Shown one piece after another: positions 39,302 to 48,906 of a DNA stretch of 64,000 bases (position 1 is the first letter of the stretch; each line of letters opens with the position of its first letter). Origin of the DNA: Candidatus Doudnabacteria bacterium RIFCSPHIGHO2_12_FULL_48_16 (GTDB lineage: Bacteria; Patescibacteriota; Doudnabacteria; UBA920; O2-02-FULL-48-8). The notes under the pieces are model-generated. The model did no database searches. It was not told the origin of the DNA and was given only the letters and a program-made list of their open reading frames with translations. The stretch spans positions 262,343-326,342 of the forward strand of contig MFEY01000007.1 in the NCBI GenBank assembly GCA_001780035.1, given 5' to 3'. The position numbers and the translations under genes were made by a program.

Positions 39302-39967
39302 CTATTTGCCTTTGGACAGGACCAACAGGATCTTGCGCGATGGCTCCATCCGCCGATCCGCTTGGTTCCAATCGGCGGCCGCCTGCCGGAGCGTCTCAAA
39401 CGAATAGACATTGCCATCGCCGGAATCAGTGCCCGGATCATTGACAATGATGCCGTGGTCGTCAAAGCCCCGCAGCACGATCATGTGGTAGAACGGCCCG
39501 GCCTCCTGATACTTCGGATTGCCCAGCAGCCGAGCGTTGATCGGCAGTAAAATCGGATGGCCCTGAATCAATTCGCGCTTCAAATCCTGCTCGGTGAAAT
39601 CCTTAATTTGTTTGACCTGCAGGCCAAACGCGCCCTGTGCCATCCTGGTCGTGGCATCTGCCCCGGTATCGGCATTGTAGCCCAAATTGGCCTGCTCCCA
39701 TTTTTTCAGCAGATCAATCGAGGCTTGCGAAGCCATCGCCGGTAGCTTGTCGACCGTTTGGCCGTTGAGGTAAGCATTGGCCATGGTGATGCTGGTTTCT
39801 TCGCAATCCTCGTTGCGATCCCAGTTGTTATTGGGCGCCTGCGAGGTAAACGGCACGTGCAAAATCACGGACCGCAGCGGCGGGTCGATCTTGCTCATGA
39901 CAAACACCACGGCCAAAGCCAGGGCGATCAGACCGGATGCCAGCAGAGTTTTTTCGGTTTCAATCAT
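39302..39967 (-). CDS. C39-like peptidase family protein
   Basis: N-terminal TM; VPFTSQAP, CEETS, YHMIVLRG, VNDPG. Confidence 0.8.
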   Translation of the reverse strand: MIETEKTLLASGLIALALAVVFVMSKIDPPLRSVILHVPFTSQAPNNNWDRNEDCEETSITMANAYLNGQTVDKLPAMASQASIDLLKKWEQANLGYNADTGADATTRMAQGAFGLQVKQIKDFTEQDLKRELIQGHPILLPINARLLGNPKYQEAGPFYHMIVLRGFDDHGIIVNDPGTDSGDGNVYSFETLRQAAADWNQADRRMEPSRKILLVLSKGK

Positions 39968-39972
39968 AAAAT

Positions 39973-40215
39973 TTATTTTTTGACCACTACGATGGTGCAA
40001 TTGGTCAACATCGCCGCAATCGCCCCCACCGCAGCCAGGGCCGGGGCCAAAACCGCCCCAACCGCGCCCCAAGTCAGAGGAATTTCCAAAATACTCTCCC
40101 CGGCTTCATTTTTGATAATAATTTTGCGGGCATTGCCAGCTTGGATCAGTTCTTTGACTTTCGCCTTCACATCCGCCCCGGTAACTTTGAACTCTTCTTG
40201 TTGTTCTTCGGTCAT
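39973..40215 (-). CDS. DUF4342-like protein
   Basis: KVKELIQAGNARKIIIK...LEIPLT.G...AP.LAAVGA...C.IVV. Confidence 0.8.
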   Translation of the reverse strand: MTEEQQEEFKVTGADVKAKVKELIQAGNARKIIIKNEAGESILEIPLTWGAVGAVLAPALAAVGAIAAMLTNCTIVVVKK

Positions 40216-40260
40216 AAATTTATGGATTAATGACTAATGACATTATACACTAAAACGATA

Positions 40261-40291
40261 AACGCCCCATACGGGTGTGGGGTGTTTAAAA
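40261..40291. repeat. hairpin repeat, left boundary of AT-rich island
   Basis: AACGCCCCATACGGGTGTGGGGTGTTTAAAA, near-identical to 43143-43173. Confidence 0.7.
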
Positions 40292-40413
40292 CCAATAAAA
40301 TCAAGGCAATCCTGAACGGGATTCAGGATCTCTTGTAGATCACACTCAGATATCAACCATGTTGGCTTAACTGGGTTGTCAAAATTTCCTTAACAGTATA
40401 AACTCCAGCTATT

Positions 40414-41037
40414 ATGGCTGAAGTTCAGAAACATGGGTTTGTCTTCGAAGAGTGGGTGAAAGAAATTTTTAAGGTAGCCCATCTAGCTTACAAATACACC
40501 CAAGCGTGGGATATACCAGGAAAAATTCACACGAGCATTAAAACCGTAGGAGTTAAAAAATCGGTTGAATTTGGAAGTACGGTAAGAATTTGGAAAGCTA
40601 CCAAATCATTTATACTTATAGTGGGTCGATGGGAGCAAATAGAAAAACGAAAAAAATTTATAAGTATTGATGAAGTGAAAGTTACTCCGGCTATCCTGAA
40701 AAAAATGAAGGGCAATATTTCTTTAAATGAAATAATAAAATTTGATAAAAAAATAAGATCTTTTCCCGCAGGAAAAAAAGGCCAGCAACTAGGTAGTAAA
40801 TTCGCGGCACAATGGAAAGCCGAAAGAAAACACCGAATGGGCTTATTAAATATCTCTGCTAAATTAGACAGTAAAAATCAAAGACGGATTCAATGCAATC
40901 TAAACTATAAAAACTACAGGCAGATATTCGGCGAGCCTTGTATGAAAACTGTGCTGCGTAATAAAAAATTTACGGTTGAAATGAACCATGGCCCAAGGAT
41001 TTTTAAGAAAAAATCAAACCTGAACCTTAAAGCTTAA
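40414..41037 (+). CDS. putative restriction endonuclease
   Basis: QKHGFVFE...WDI...SIKT (PD-D/ExK-like), DSKNQRRIQC; AT-rich; convergent with a methyltransferase. Confidence 0.6.
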   Translation: MAEVQKHGFVFEEWVKEIFKVAHLAYKYTQAWDIPGKIHTSIKTVGVKKSVEFGSTVRIWKATKSFILIVGRWEQIEKRKKFISIDEVKVTPAILKKMKGNISLNEIIKFDKKIRSFPAGKKGQQLGSKFAAQWKAERKHRMGLLNISAKLDSKNQRRIQCNLNYKNYRQIFGEPCMKTVLRNKKFTVEMNHGPRIFKKKSNLNLKA

Positions 41038-42144
41038 GATATCTTCTTTTTTGATTGACTTACTTCCGACGCGGGAAGTAATGTGTTTGAAATAGTCAAC
41101 TTTATTATTTATAGCGCTGCAGATCGCCTCTTTGATCTGTTTATTTTTTTTGTATTGCTCTTTGACATCAAACACGTAAAACATATCATTGATGACGTCT
41201 TTTTTAATATTTATAAGGCCGGTTTTGCCCACGCTGCTATTCCCCACTCGGACGACTGCAATTCTATAGTCTTCTACAGAAATACCCTTGGGGATTTTAG
41301 TCCGCTCTAAAATATTACTGGCGGAAATATTGTTAGAACTAAACGATTTTTGCGCTTTAATGCTTTTATGATCTAAAAAATTGTCCAAGGGAACCCCGGT
41401 TCGATTTTGGGCGTTTCCTTTGGTTTTGTGAAAAACAATCTGCGGTATTAATTCTTCATGAATGCCGGAAATATCATACATCTCTTGATTGGCTTCTCCA
41501 TTTTCATAAATTAAGACAATTTTATTTTTTAATTCTTTACTATTCGTAAAAATCGCAAAGCAGCATGGAATATTGCGGTCAAACCATACTTGATCATTTT
41601 GATAAACAACCACTGTCGAAAAGTGTTCAACTAACTGTTCTTTTACGGAGCGGTTCTTATTTTTTATAAAAAACGAAATGGGCAAAACAAAACCAATCGA
41701 AGAATCTTTGTCCTTTAAGTGTTTAAGCGACTTTAAGATAAACACGTTTTCAATTTTTTCTTTCGATTTTTTGAGTTCAGATTTTGTTAAGTAAAGAATC
41801 GGTGAAATTTTAGAAAAAAAATATTTTTTAGGATCAAAGTAACTCTCTTTGAGATTAAATTTGCTGAACGGCGGGTTGCCAATAATAAGATCAAACTTCT
41901 TATCAAGAGACAGTTTAAAAAAATCTAATGGCTTATTCGTCAATTCTGAGTCAATTTCACACCCCTCAATATTTGCAAAACCATTCTTACGTAAAATATT
42001 GATGAAATTACCGGTGCCAAATGATGGCTCTAAAATTTGAGCTTGTTTTGAATATTTTTTAAAGCGCGCTAGAAAATCAACTAGTCTTTCAACTATCTCG
42101 ATTTTGGTAAAATATTGACCTAAAACTTCTTGTTTATTTTTCAT
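41014..42144 (-). CDS. amino (N6-adenine type) DNA methyltransferase
   Basis: LGQYFT, ILEPSFGTGNF, DLIIGNPPF. Confidence 0.88.
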   Translation of the reverse strand: MKNKQEVLGQYFTKIEIVERLVDFLARFKKYSKQAQILEPSFGTGNFINILRKNGFANIEGCEIDSELTNKPLDFFKLSLDKKFDLIIGNPPFSKFNLKESYFDPKKYFFSKISPILYLTKSELKKSKEKIENVFILKSLKHLKDKDSSIGFVLPISFFIKNKNRSVKEQLVEHFSTVVVYQNDQVWFDRNIPCCFAIFTNSKELKNKIVLIYENGEANQEMYDISGIHEELIPQIVFHKTKGNAQNRTGVPLDNFLDHKSIKAQKSFSSNNISASNILERTKIPKGISVEDYRIAVVRVGNSSVGKTGLINIKKDVINDMFYVFDVKEQYKKNKQIKEAICSAINNKVDYFKHITSRVGSKSIKKEDILSFKVQV

Positions 42145-42263
42145 AACACTGAAATTATAACAGTAAAATAGGAATAAAAATAGCGGCTTTTTGCCGCTTT
42201 TAAGTTATTCACAATGTTAAATATATTATACTCTCTTCAGCCAAAAAGTCAAATTTCGATCTA

Positions 42264-43097
42264 TTATTTGGAAACCGCCAGGTTATAAGTAGCCAGCATT
42301 TTCTTTAGAACCAATTTGATTTGCTTGTCCAGAGGACTTCCATTGCGGTAGTCGGCCGGGGTGACAAAATTGACTCGGTGCACTTTCAATAAACCTCTGG
42401 CTTGAGGTTTTTTCTTTTGCGAGCCGGGTTTGTATACCGCAATTGAATATCCGCCCTGTTCTTTGACCAGTTTCATGCAGGGAATATCGGTATCGCCATC
42501 GCCGATATAAACCATTCGAGAAAACGGTATTGGTCTTTCCGCTTCCGGAAGATAGGAATTTATTTTGGTATTGTCGGAAGGGTCAAGCAGGCCCTTGTTT
42601 ATGCGAAAGAGGCATTGTGTCTTAGTGGTGTAATTTAGCGCATGCGCCGGCCAAATGGCTCTGCCGTATTGATCATAAATGAAGGAAGAGGCATAAATGT
42701 ATTTAAACTCCTTGCTGATTTCGCTGCCGAGGATCATCTCCTTTATACCGGAAGATATTATATAATGTTCGCATTTTATTCCATGCGTTCTGGCATACTG
42801 GTTTATCCGCTTAAACCAAGATTTAACGCCTTTGAACAATTTTAAATTTTTACCGAAATTCTTGAAGGCCTTGGACGTAACCTGTACACCATTTTGCCTT
42901 GTAGCCTTTTCAAGCATCAGATGCATATAGGTCAATATCTCGTCTGCTTTTTGCTCTTTGGCGAGCTTCTTTGCTTCAGCCCAAAAATTCTTCGGTGTAA
43001 TTTTTAACTCCTGGATATATCCGTATTCTTGCATACTTTTCGGAGACAAAGTTCCGTCAAAATCATAGCAGATTGCAATTGTTGGCCGCTTTTTCAT
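42264..43097 (-). CDS. HAD-superfamily hydrolase
   Basis: YDFDGTL, ISSG, K, YIGDGDTD. Confidence 0.85.
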   Translation of the reverse strand: MKKRPTIAICYDFDGTLSPKSMQEYGYIQELKITPKNFWAEAKKLAKEQKADEILTYMHLMLEKATRQNGVQVTSKAFKNFGKNLKLFKGVKSWFKRINQYARTHGIKCEHYIISSGIKEMILGSEISKEFKYIYASSFIYDQYGRAIWPAHALNYTTKTQCLFRINKGLLDPSDNTKINSYLPEAERPIPFSRMVYIGDGDTDIPCMKLVKEQGGYSIAVYKPGSQKKKPQARGLLKVHRVNFVTPADYRNGSPLDKQIKLVLKKMLATYNLAVSK

Positions 43098-43142
43098 AAG
43101 CTTATGATGCCACTAATCAACGACTAAAGCAAACCAAAATTA

Positions 43143-43173
43143 AACACCCCAGACGGGGTGTGGGGTGTTAAAA
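43143..43173. repeat. hairpin repeat, right boundary of AT-rich island
   Basis: AACACCCCAGACGGGGTGTGGGGTGTTAAAA. Confidence 0.7.
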
Positions 43174-43485
43174 ATGCCGGAAACGCAGGCAAAAAGCAAT
43201 GTATTGCTTGACAATTAGGCAACGCTTGCGATATACTATCTTTAGATTTCGATTTGGAATCAAGAAAAAGGTCTTCGGCCGTAGTTTATATACTACAACC
43301 TGGCGGAAGGTCTTTTTTTTATACTAAATCTTCAGGGAAGACTGATATAAAAAAATAAATAACGGCCTTTTGCCGCTTGATTTGATATTCAGATTAATAT
43401 AATTATACTCCCATTTCGAAAAATTGTCAAATTTTACCCAAAAAACGAAGGGTTGCGCACACAGGCGCAACCCTCAGACAGACGG

Positions 43486-44076
43486 TTACTGGAGGAACTT
43501 CTGGCCAATCGAGGGGTTGGGGGCAATCCCCCTCTCCGCGAGCTGCCGCCCGGCCCGCTCGCTGCCCCGCATCCATCGTTCGTAGACGCGCAAAACGTCC
43601 TGGCTGGTCCGCAGGCCCGATTGCTCGCTGACCGCGGTAAAGACGTCCATGAACGGCACGAACTTGCCGGCCAGCTCGGAGAAGACCTCGCTGAAGACAT
43701 CTTCTTCGCGCCGACCAAGGAAGCCGTAGGCATATTGGCCCATTGATATGTAATAATCAATGTCGACCACGCGCCGCCGGAAACTGTCGGAGAAGAATCC
43801 GGCCATGAACAGCGAGAAGTCGCCAAGGTTCCGCAGGCGGACGTGCTGCTCGAGTCCGCCGCTCTCAAGCGCGCGGCCCAGGCGCAGCGCCAGGGGTTGG
43901 CCCGCGTCCTCGATGAAGGGGATGCGCTGATCAGGCCGCAGAAAGCGGCAGAGCAGATCAACCAGGTAGTAGCGCGTCAGTTCGTCAGCCGGCACCTGCT
44001 CGCGCCGCAGAGCTTCGTCGATCTGGTCTTTGAAAAACAGGGTCGGCGGGTCAGCTCTCACCAAACATTCATCCAT
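43486..44076 (-). CDS. hypothetical protein (GC-rich)
   Basis: 196 aa ORF, GGAGGAG SD, LGDFSLFMAGFF...VDIDYY..MG..AY. Confidence 0.78.
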   Translation of the reverse strand: MDECLVRADPPTLFFKDQIDEALRREQVPADELTRYYLVDLLCRFLRPDQRIPFIEDAGQPLALRLGRALESGGLEQHVRLRNLGDFSLFMAGFFSDSFRRRVVDIDYYISMGQYAYGFLGRREEDVFSEVFSELAGKFVPFMDVFTAVSEQSGLRTSQDVLRVYERWMRGSERAGRQLAERGIAPNPSIGQKFLQ

Positions 44077-44111
44077 TTAGGCTCCTCCGCTCTAATCTTA
44101 GGACCATCTTA

Positions 44112-44597
44112 TCATAAAATATCCCGGCTGGCGCCAAGGCGGCGAGTGATGACAATGGAAACGAGGAAGGCAGCCAGAAAAAACAGCAAGCCGTAAAAAC
44201 ACGGGGTCAGGAGCGGATTAATCCCGGGCGTGCAGCTTACTGGCACGGCCGGCCCCGGCAACCATTTGAAGTAATCCGCCGTTTCGTAGCCGACTACTGA
44301 GCCGGCAAAGACCACGCCGAACAGCAGGAAGTTGCGCAGCCGCCGTTGGCTCACAAGAGTGGGATGCTGCACCAGGGTAAATGACCAAATAAATGCCGCC
44401 ACAAACGCCAAGGAGCCGTAAAAGCAGGCGGTCAGTATGGGATTGGGCAGGGTGCAATCCCGAAAACGAAAAAGGGTGCCGTAAAGTTCCTGAAAATTTT
44501 GAAACTGGCCGAGCAGACGCGACCAGGCAAAGACCATGCCGCCCAGCAGCAGCACGCCTTGGAGCAATAATAATTTGGGAGTGGATAATTTGAGCAT
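44112..44597 (-). CDS. four-TM membrane protein with duplicated Cys motif
   Basis: CTLPNPILTACFYG and CTPGINPLLTPCFYG. Confidence 0.72.
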   Translation of the reverse strand: MLKLSTPKLLLLQGVLLLGGMVFAWSRLLGQFQNFQELYGTLFRFRDCTLPNPILTACFYGSLAFVAAFIWSFTLVQHPTLVSQRRLRNFLLFGVVFAGSVVGYETADYFKWLPGPAVPVSCTPGINPLLTPCFYGLLFFLAAFLVSIVITRRLGASRDIL

Positions 44598-44653
44598 AAT
44601 TTAAATTAAGAGGGGTGGAGCTGCGTCAGCGAGACGCAGCTCCGAAAAAGCCA

Positions 44654-44905
44654 TCAATCGCGATCTTCCCGAGCGCAGAGCACTTCGTCCGCGGCCGCGC
44701 ACTCCTCGGCCAGGGAACAGGAAAAGCCCGCGCCACCGGTGCCGAACACGGGGCAACCGACGCCGACGTGCACTGAACGGGTCAACAGTTCGTCGACCGG
44801 CACTTCCCGGAACTCCTGGCCGGGAACCACGCTTTGCTCCGCATCATCGATCATTGGGGCCGAGAGCTGCCGGTGAATTTGAGTTCGAACCTTCGCTGGT
44901 GCCAT
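44654..44905 (-). CDS. small Cys-containing hypothetical protein
   Basis: own TTGACC-N17-TATACT promoter, GGAGG SD, downstream hairpin GGAGCTGCGTC/GACGCAGCTCC. Confidence 0.55.
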   Translation of the reverse strand: MAPAKVRTQIHRQLSAPMIDDAEQSVVPGQEFREVPVDELLTRSVHVGVGCPVFGTGGAGFSCSLAEECAAADEVLCAREDRD

Positions 44906-45026
44906 ACCAAACCTCCGTCCGAGTTGACTAACCGACCAATTCGCGACCTTAGTATAAACCCGATCTGGCGCTCGGTCAAAACAAAAAGCGCCCGGAAATT
45001 CCGGGCGCCTGATTCTTGATTCTTTT

Positions 45027-48000
45027 TTAGACTTGATCCGCCAGTTCGGCTGCGGCTTTTTCGGCCAGGGCATCCTTGCGGAACCCCGTGCCGGCTGGGA
45101 TCAATTTACCAATGATCACGTTTTCCTTGAGCCCGCGCAAATAATCGGTTTTGGCGCTGATCGCCGCTTCGATCAAAACCCGGGTGGTTTCTTGGAAAGA
45201 GGCTGCGGCCAGGAAGGATTCGGTGTTGAGGGAGGATTTGGTAATGCCCATGAGCAACTGCTCGGCTTCGGCCGGCCGGCCGTGGGGCGGAATTTTGGCA
45301 TTGGCCGTGGCCAGGCGCGACTTGTCGACAATATCGCCGAGGAGCAAATCGGAATCGCCGGATTCGGTTAAGCGGACCTTGCTGAACATCTGGCGGACAA
45401 TGATTTCAATATGTTTTTCGTTGACGTTTTGGCCCTGGGACGAATAAATTTCCTGCACGTCTTTGATAATGTAGTCCTGGCAGGCTTCGATGCCCTTAAG
45501 CGCAAGGATCTGGCCGAGGTTTAAGTTACCTTCCGTCAGCGGTTGACCCTTGGCCACGAGGTCGCCTTCCTTGATCAAAACACTAAAGCCGGCTGGGGAG
45601 GAATATTCCTTCAGATTCTCGGCTTCGCGCACCACGGTCAGTTTGTTCGCCGAGAGCTTAACGATGCCGGCGGCTTTCGCTTTGACGGTCTGGCCTTTGG
45701 CGTCGGTAAACAGCGGATCGCCTTCGTCGACTTGTTCGCCGTCCTTTAACTGCAGCTTGGGCGAATCGAGCAGGTATTCATCCTTGGCCACGTCTTTGGC
45801 CTGGATGCGGATCAGGGTTTCTTTCGAGCCGGATTTGATCGATTCGACAAAGCCGTCAATTTCGGAGAGCACGGCTTGGCCTTTTGGTTCGCGCGCTTCC
45901 AGCAATTCCTCGACACGCGGCAAACCTTGAGTGATGTCGATGCCCGCCACACCGCCGGTATGGAAAGTTCGCATGGTCAGCTGCGTGCCCGGCTCGCCAA
46001 TGGCCTGGGCGGCCACGATGCCGACAGCCGCGCCTTCGGACACGGGTTTGTTGAAGCCCAGATCATAACCATAGCACTTGCCGCAAATGCCGCGGGTTAA
46101 GCTGCAGCGCAACACGGTGCGCACTTCCACTTCCGTGGCCGTGGATTTTTCAATCTTTTGAGCGAGTTGTTCGTCGATCAGTTCCCCGGCTTTGGCCAAG
46201 GTTTTGGCCCCATCTTTGACCTCGGCCGCCAGGACCCGGCCGAATACGCGGCGCGCCAAGGGGCGGCCGAGAGCTTCGGAAGAGGCGCGGGTGATAATGC
46301 GGCCGAGGGTGACGCCGCAATCTTCGGTGTTGACCACGATATCTTGCGCCACGTCCACTAGGCGGCGGGTCAGATAACCGGCGTCAGCCGTACGCAGAGC
46401 GGTGTCCGTCATACCTTTGCGGGAGCCGTGCGTGGAAATAAAGTATTCCAAAATGTTTAAACCTTCTTTGAACGAATCGCGGGCGGGAAGTTCGATAACT
46501 TCCCCGGCCGGGTTGGTGACCAGGCCCTTCATGCCGGCCATTTGGGCCAGCTGCGAGATCGAGCCGCGGGCGCCGGACGTGACCATCTGGTAAACCGAGC
46601 CGTGCTCGTCTAGAGTTTTGGTCACCGCTTCCGCCACGCGGTCGCGGACCGTGGCCCAAATTTCAATCACGCGGTTGTAGCGCTCGCGGTCGGTCAACAG
46701 GCCCATGCGGTATTGTTCGTAAGTCTGCAGCACTTCCTTGTCCGCCTGCTCCACCAGTTCCTTCTTGATTTTTGGCACCTGCAAATCGTCCATGCCCCAG
46801 GACAGGCCGGATTTGGTCACGTAGTGGAAGCCCAGCGTCTTGATTTCGTCGAGCAGGACGGCAGTGCGCTCGATGCCGTGTTCGCGGTAAACCGATTGCA
46901 GGGCCGAGGCCAATTTTTTCTTGTCCATGACATCGTTGATAAAACGGGAGGATTCCGGCAGGACCTGGTTGAACATAACGCGGCCGAGACAGGTTTCGGT
47001 CAGGCCTAAATTGCCCCAATCCTGGCCCAGGCGGATCCGCACTTTCGCTTTCAGGGTCACGACGCCGGATTGGTAAGCCAAAATCGCTTCGTCAGCGCTG
47101 CCAAAAACCATACCTTCGCCTTTTTCGCCCGGCTTGTAGCGGGTCATCCAGAAACACCCGAGGACCATATCCTTGGTCGGCCCCATGACCGGTTCGCCGG
47201 AAGCCGGCTTGAGCAGGTTGCGGGCCGATAACATGATGTTGCGCGCTTCGTCTTGAGCAGCTTCGGTTAGGGAAACGTGGACAGCCATTTGGTCGCCGTC
47301 AAAGTCAGCGTTATACGCGTCGCAAACCATGGGGTGGATCTGAATGGCTTTGCCTTCGATCAAAACCGGCAGGAAGGCCTGGAAGCCCAAACGATGCAGG
47401 GTCGGGGCCCGGTTTAAGAGGACATAGTGACCCTTAGTCACTTCTTCCAAAATATCGTAAACTTCACTCTTGCCCTGTTCGATCAGGCGGTTGGCCGAGC
47501 GGACGTTGTGGGCGAATTCGCGCTGGATGAGCTTGGAAATGACAAATGGCTTGAACAGCTCGAGCGCCATTTTTTTCGGCAACCCGCACTGATGCAGTTT
47601 GAGTTTCGGGCCGACCACGATCACTGAACGGCCGGAGTAGTCGACGCGCTTGCCCAGCAAGTTTTGCCGGAACCGACCCTGTTTGCCCTTCAACATGTCC
47701 GCCAGGGAGCGCAGTTTGCGCTTTTGGCCGGTCGAGGCCGTGACTTCTTTGCCATGGCGGATGGAATTATCAATCAGGGCATCCACCGCTTCCTGCAGCA
47801 TGCGTTTTTCGTTGCGGGTGATGACTTCCGGCGCGCCGATTTCCAGCAGTTTCTTTAAGCGGTTGTTGCGGTTGATGACGCGGCGATAGAGGTCGTTTAA
47901 GTCCGAAGCAGCAAACCGGCCGCCGTCTAACTGCACCATCGGGCGCAGATCTGGCGGGATGACCGGCAGATTAGTGATGATCATCCATTCCGGCCGAATG

Positions 48001-48902
48001 CCGGAGCGGATCATGGAGCGGACCAGCTTGAGGCGCTTGATGATTTTGCGCTTATTGATGCCTTCGGCCGTGGCGGATTCTTCCTTTAACTGTTCAAATA
48101 GCTTTTCTAAATCAATCTCTTCCACCAGGTGCATGACGGCGGCAGCGCCGATTCCGGCTTCGAACACGGGCCCGTATTTGAGGGACAGGTCGCGGTATTC
48201 CAATTCGGAAATGACCTGGTATTTTTTGATTGACTTGAGTTCGCTGCGGGCCAAATCCCGGATGGATTCAAGGTGGTCGGTTTCCTTGCTCCAGAGGTCG
48301 CGGATGCGCATGGTTTCGGCATCTTCGGTCGCGTCCTTGAGATCCTTGTCCCCTTCCACTTGCTTGGCCAGCTTCTGCTTGGCCTGATTGATTAGGTTTT
48401 CGTAGCGGGCATTGATTTCTTTTTGCTTACCTTTGAATTCCTTTTCAATTTGCTCGAGCGTAGCGGCGCGGGAGTCATCGTCAACCGAAGTGATAATGTA
48501 AGCGGCAAAGTAGGCGACTTTCTCCAGTTCCTGCACCGAGAGATCCAAAATCAAACCGAGGCGCGACGGCACGCCGCGCAAAAACCAGATATGGGTAACC
48601 GGCGCGGCCAGCTTGATATGGCCCATGCGCTCGCGGCGAACCGCGGCGCGGGTGACTTCCACTCCGCACTTGTCGCAAATGATGCCTTTGTAGCGGATGC
48701 GCTTGTATTTGCCGCAGTAGCATTCCCAATCTTTGATCGGGCCGAAAATTTTCTCGTCAAACAGCCCGTCTTTCTCCGGCCGCTGGGTGCGGTAGTTGAT
48801 GGTTTCCGGCTTGGTCACTTCGCCGTATGACCAGTTCAAAATATCGGCGGGGGAGGCCAGGCGCAAACGGACGGCTTTGAATTCTTCGGTGGCTTGAATC
48901 AT
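45027..48902 (-). CDS. rpoC: RNA polymerase beta' subunit
   Basis: NADFDGDQM, KPETINYR, GEPGTQLTMRTFH. Confidence 0.99.
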   Translation of the reverse strand: MIQATEEFKAVRLRLASPADILNWSYGEVTKPETINYRTQRPEKDGLFDEKIFGPIKDWECYCGKYKRIRYKGIICDKCGVEVTRAAVRRERMGHIKLAAPVTHIWFLRGVPSRLGLILDLSVQELEKVAYFAAYIITSVDDDSRAATLEQIEKEFKGKQKEINARYENLINQAKQKLAKQVEGDKDLKDATEDAETMRIRDLWSKETDHLESIRDLARSELKSIKKYQVISELEYRDLSLKYGPVFEAGIGAAAVMHLVEEIDLEKLFEQLKEESATAEGINKRKIIKRLKLVRSMIRSGIRPEWMIITNLPVIPPDLRPMVQLDGGRFAASDLNDLYRRVINRNNRLKKLLEIGAPEVITRNEKRMLQEAVDALIDNSIRHGKEVTASTGQKRKLRSLADMLKGKQGRFRQNLLGKRVDYSGRSVIVVGPKLKLHQCGLPKKMALELFKPFVISKLIQREFAHNVRSANRLIEQGKSEVYDILEEVTKGHYVLLNRAPTLHRLGFQAFLPVLIEGKAIQIHPMVCDAYNADFDGDQMAVHVSLTEAAQDEARNIMLSARNLLKPASGEPVMGPTKDMVLGCFWMTRYKPGEKGEGMVFGSADEAILAYQSGVVTLKAKVRIRLGQDWGNLGLTETCLGRVMFNQVLPESSRFINDVMDKKKLASALQSVYREHGIERTAVLLDEIKTLGFHYVTKSGLSWGMDDLQVPKIKKELVEQADKEVLQTYEQYRMGLLTDRERYNRVIEIWATVRDRVAEAVTKTLDEHGSVYQMVTSGARGSISQLAQMAGMKGLVTNPAGEVIELPARDSFKEGLNILEYFISTHGSRKGMTDTALRTADAGYLTRRLVDVAQDIVVNTEDCGVTLGRIITRASSEALGRPLARRVFGRVLAAEVKDGAKTLAKAGELIDEQLAQKIEKSTATEVEVRTVLRCSLTRGICGKCYGYDLGFNKPVSEGAAVGIVAAQAIGEPGTQLTMRTFHTGGVAGIDITQGLPRVEELLEAREPKGQAVLSEIDGFVESIKSGSKETLIRIQAKDVAKDEYLLDSPKLQLKDGEQVDEGDPLFTDAKGQTVKAKAAGIVKLSANKLTVVREAENLKEYSSPAGFSVLIKEGDLVAKGQPLTEGNLNLGQILALKGIEACQDYIIKDVQEIYSSQGQNVNEKHIEIIVRQMFSKVRLTESGDSDLLLGDIVDKSRLATANAKIPPHGRPAEAEQLLMGITKSSLNTESFLAAASFQETTRVLIEAAISAKTDYLRGLKENVIIGKLIPAGTGFRKDALAEKAAAELADQV

Positions 48903-48906
48903 ATGA

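Noticed and set aside
48100-48480. Coiled-coil insertion in RpoC as a novelty
   Set aside because: Lineage-specific insertions at this position of beta' are well known.
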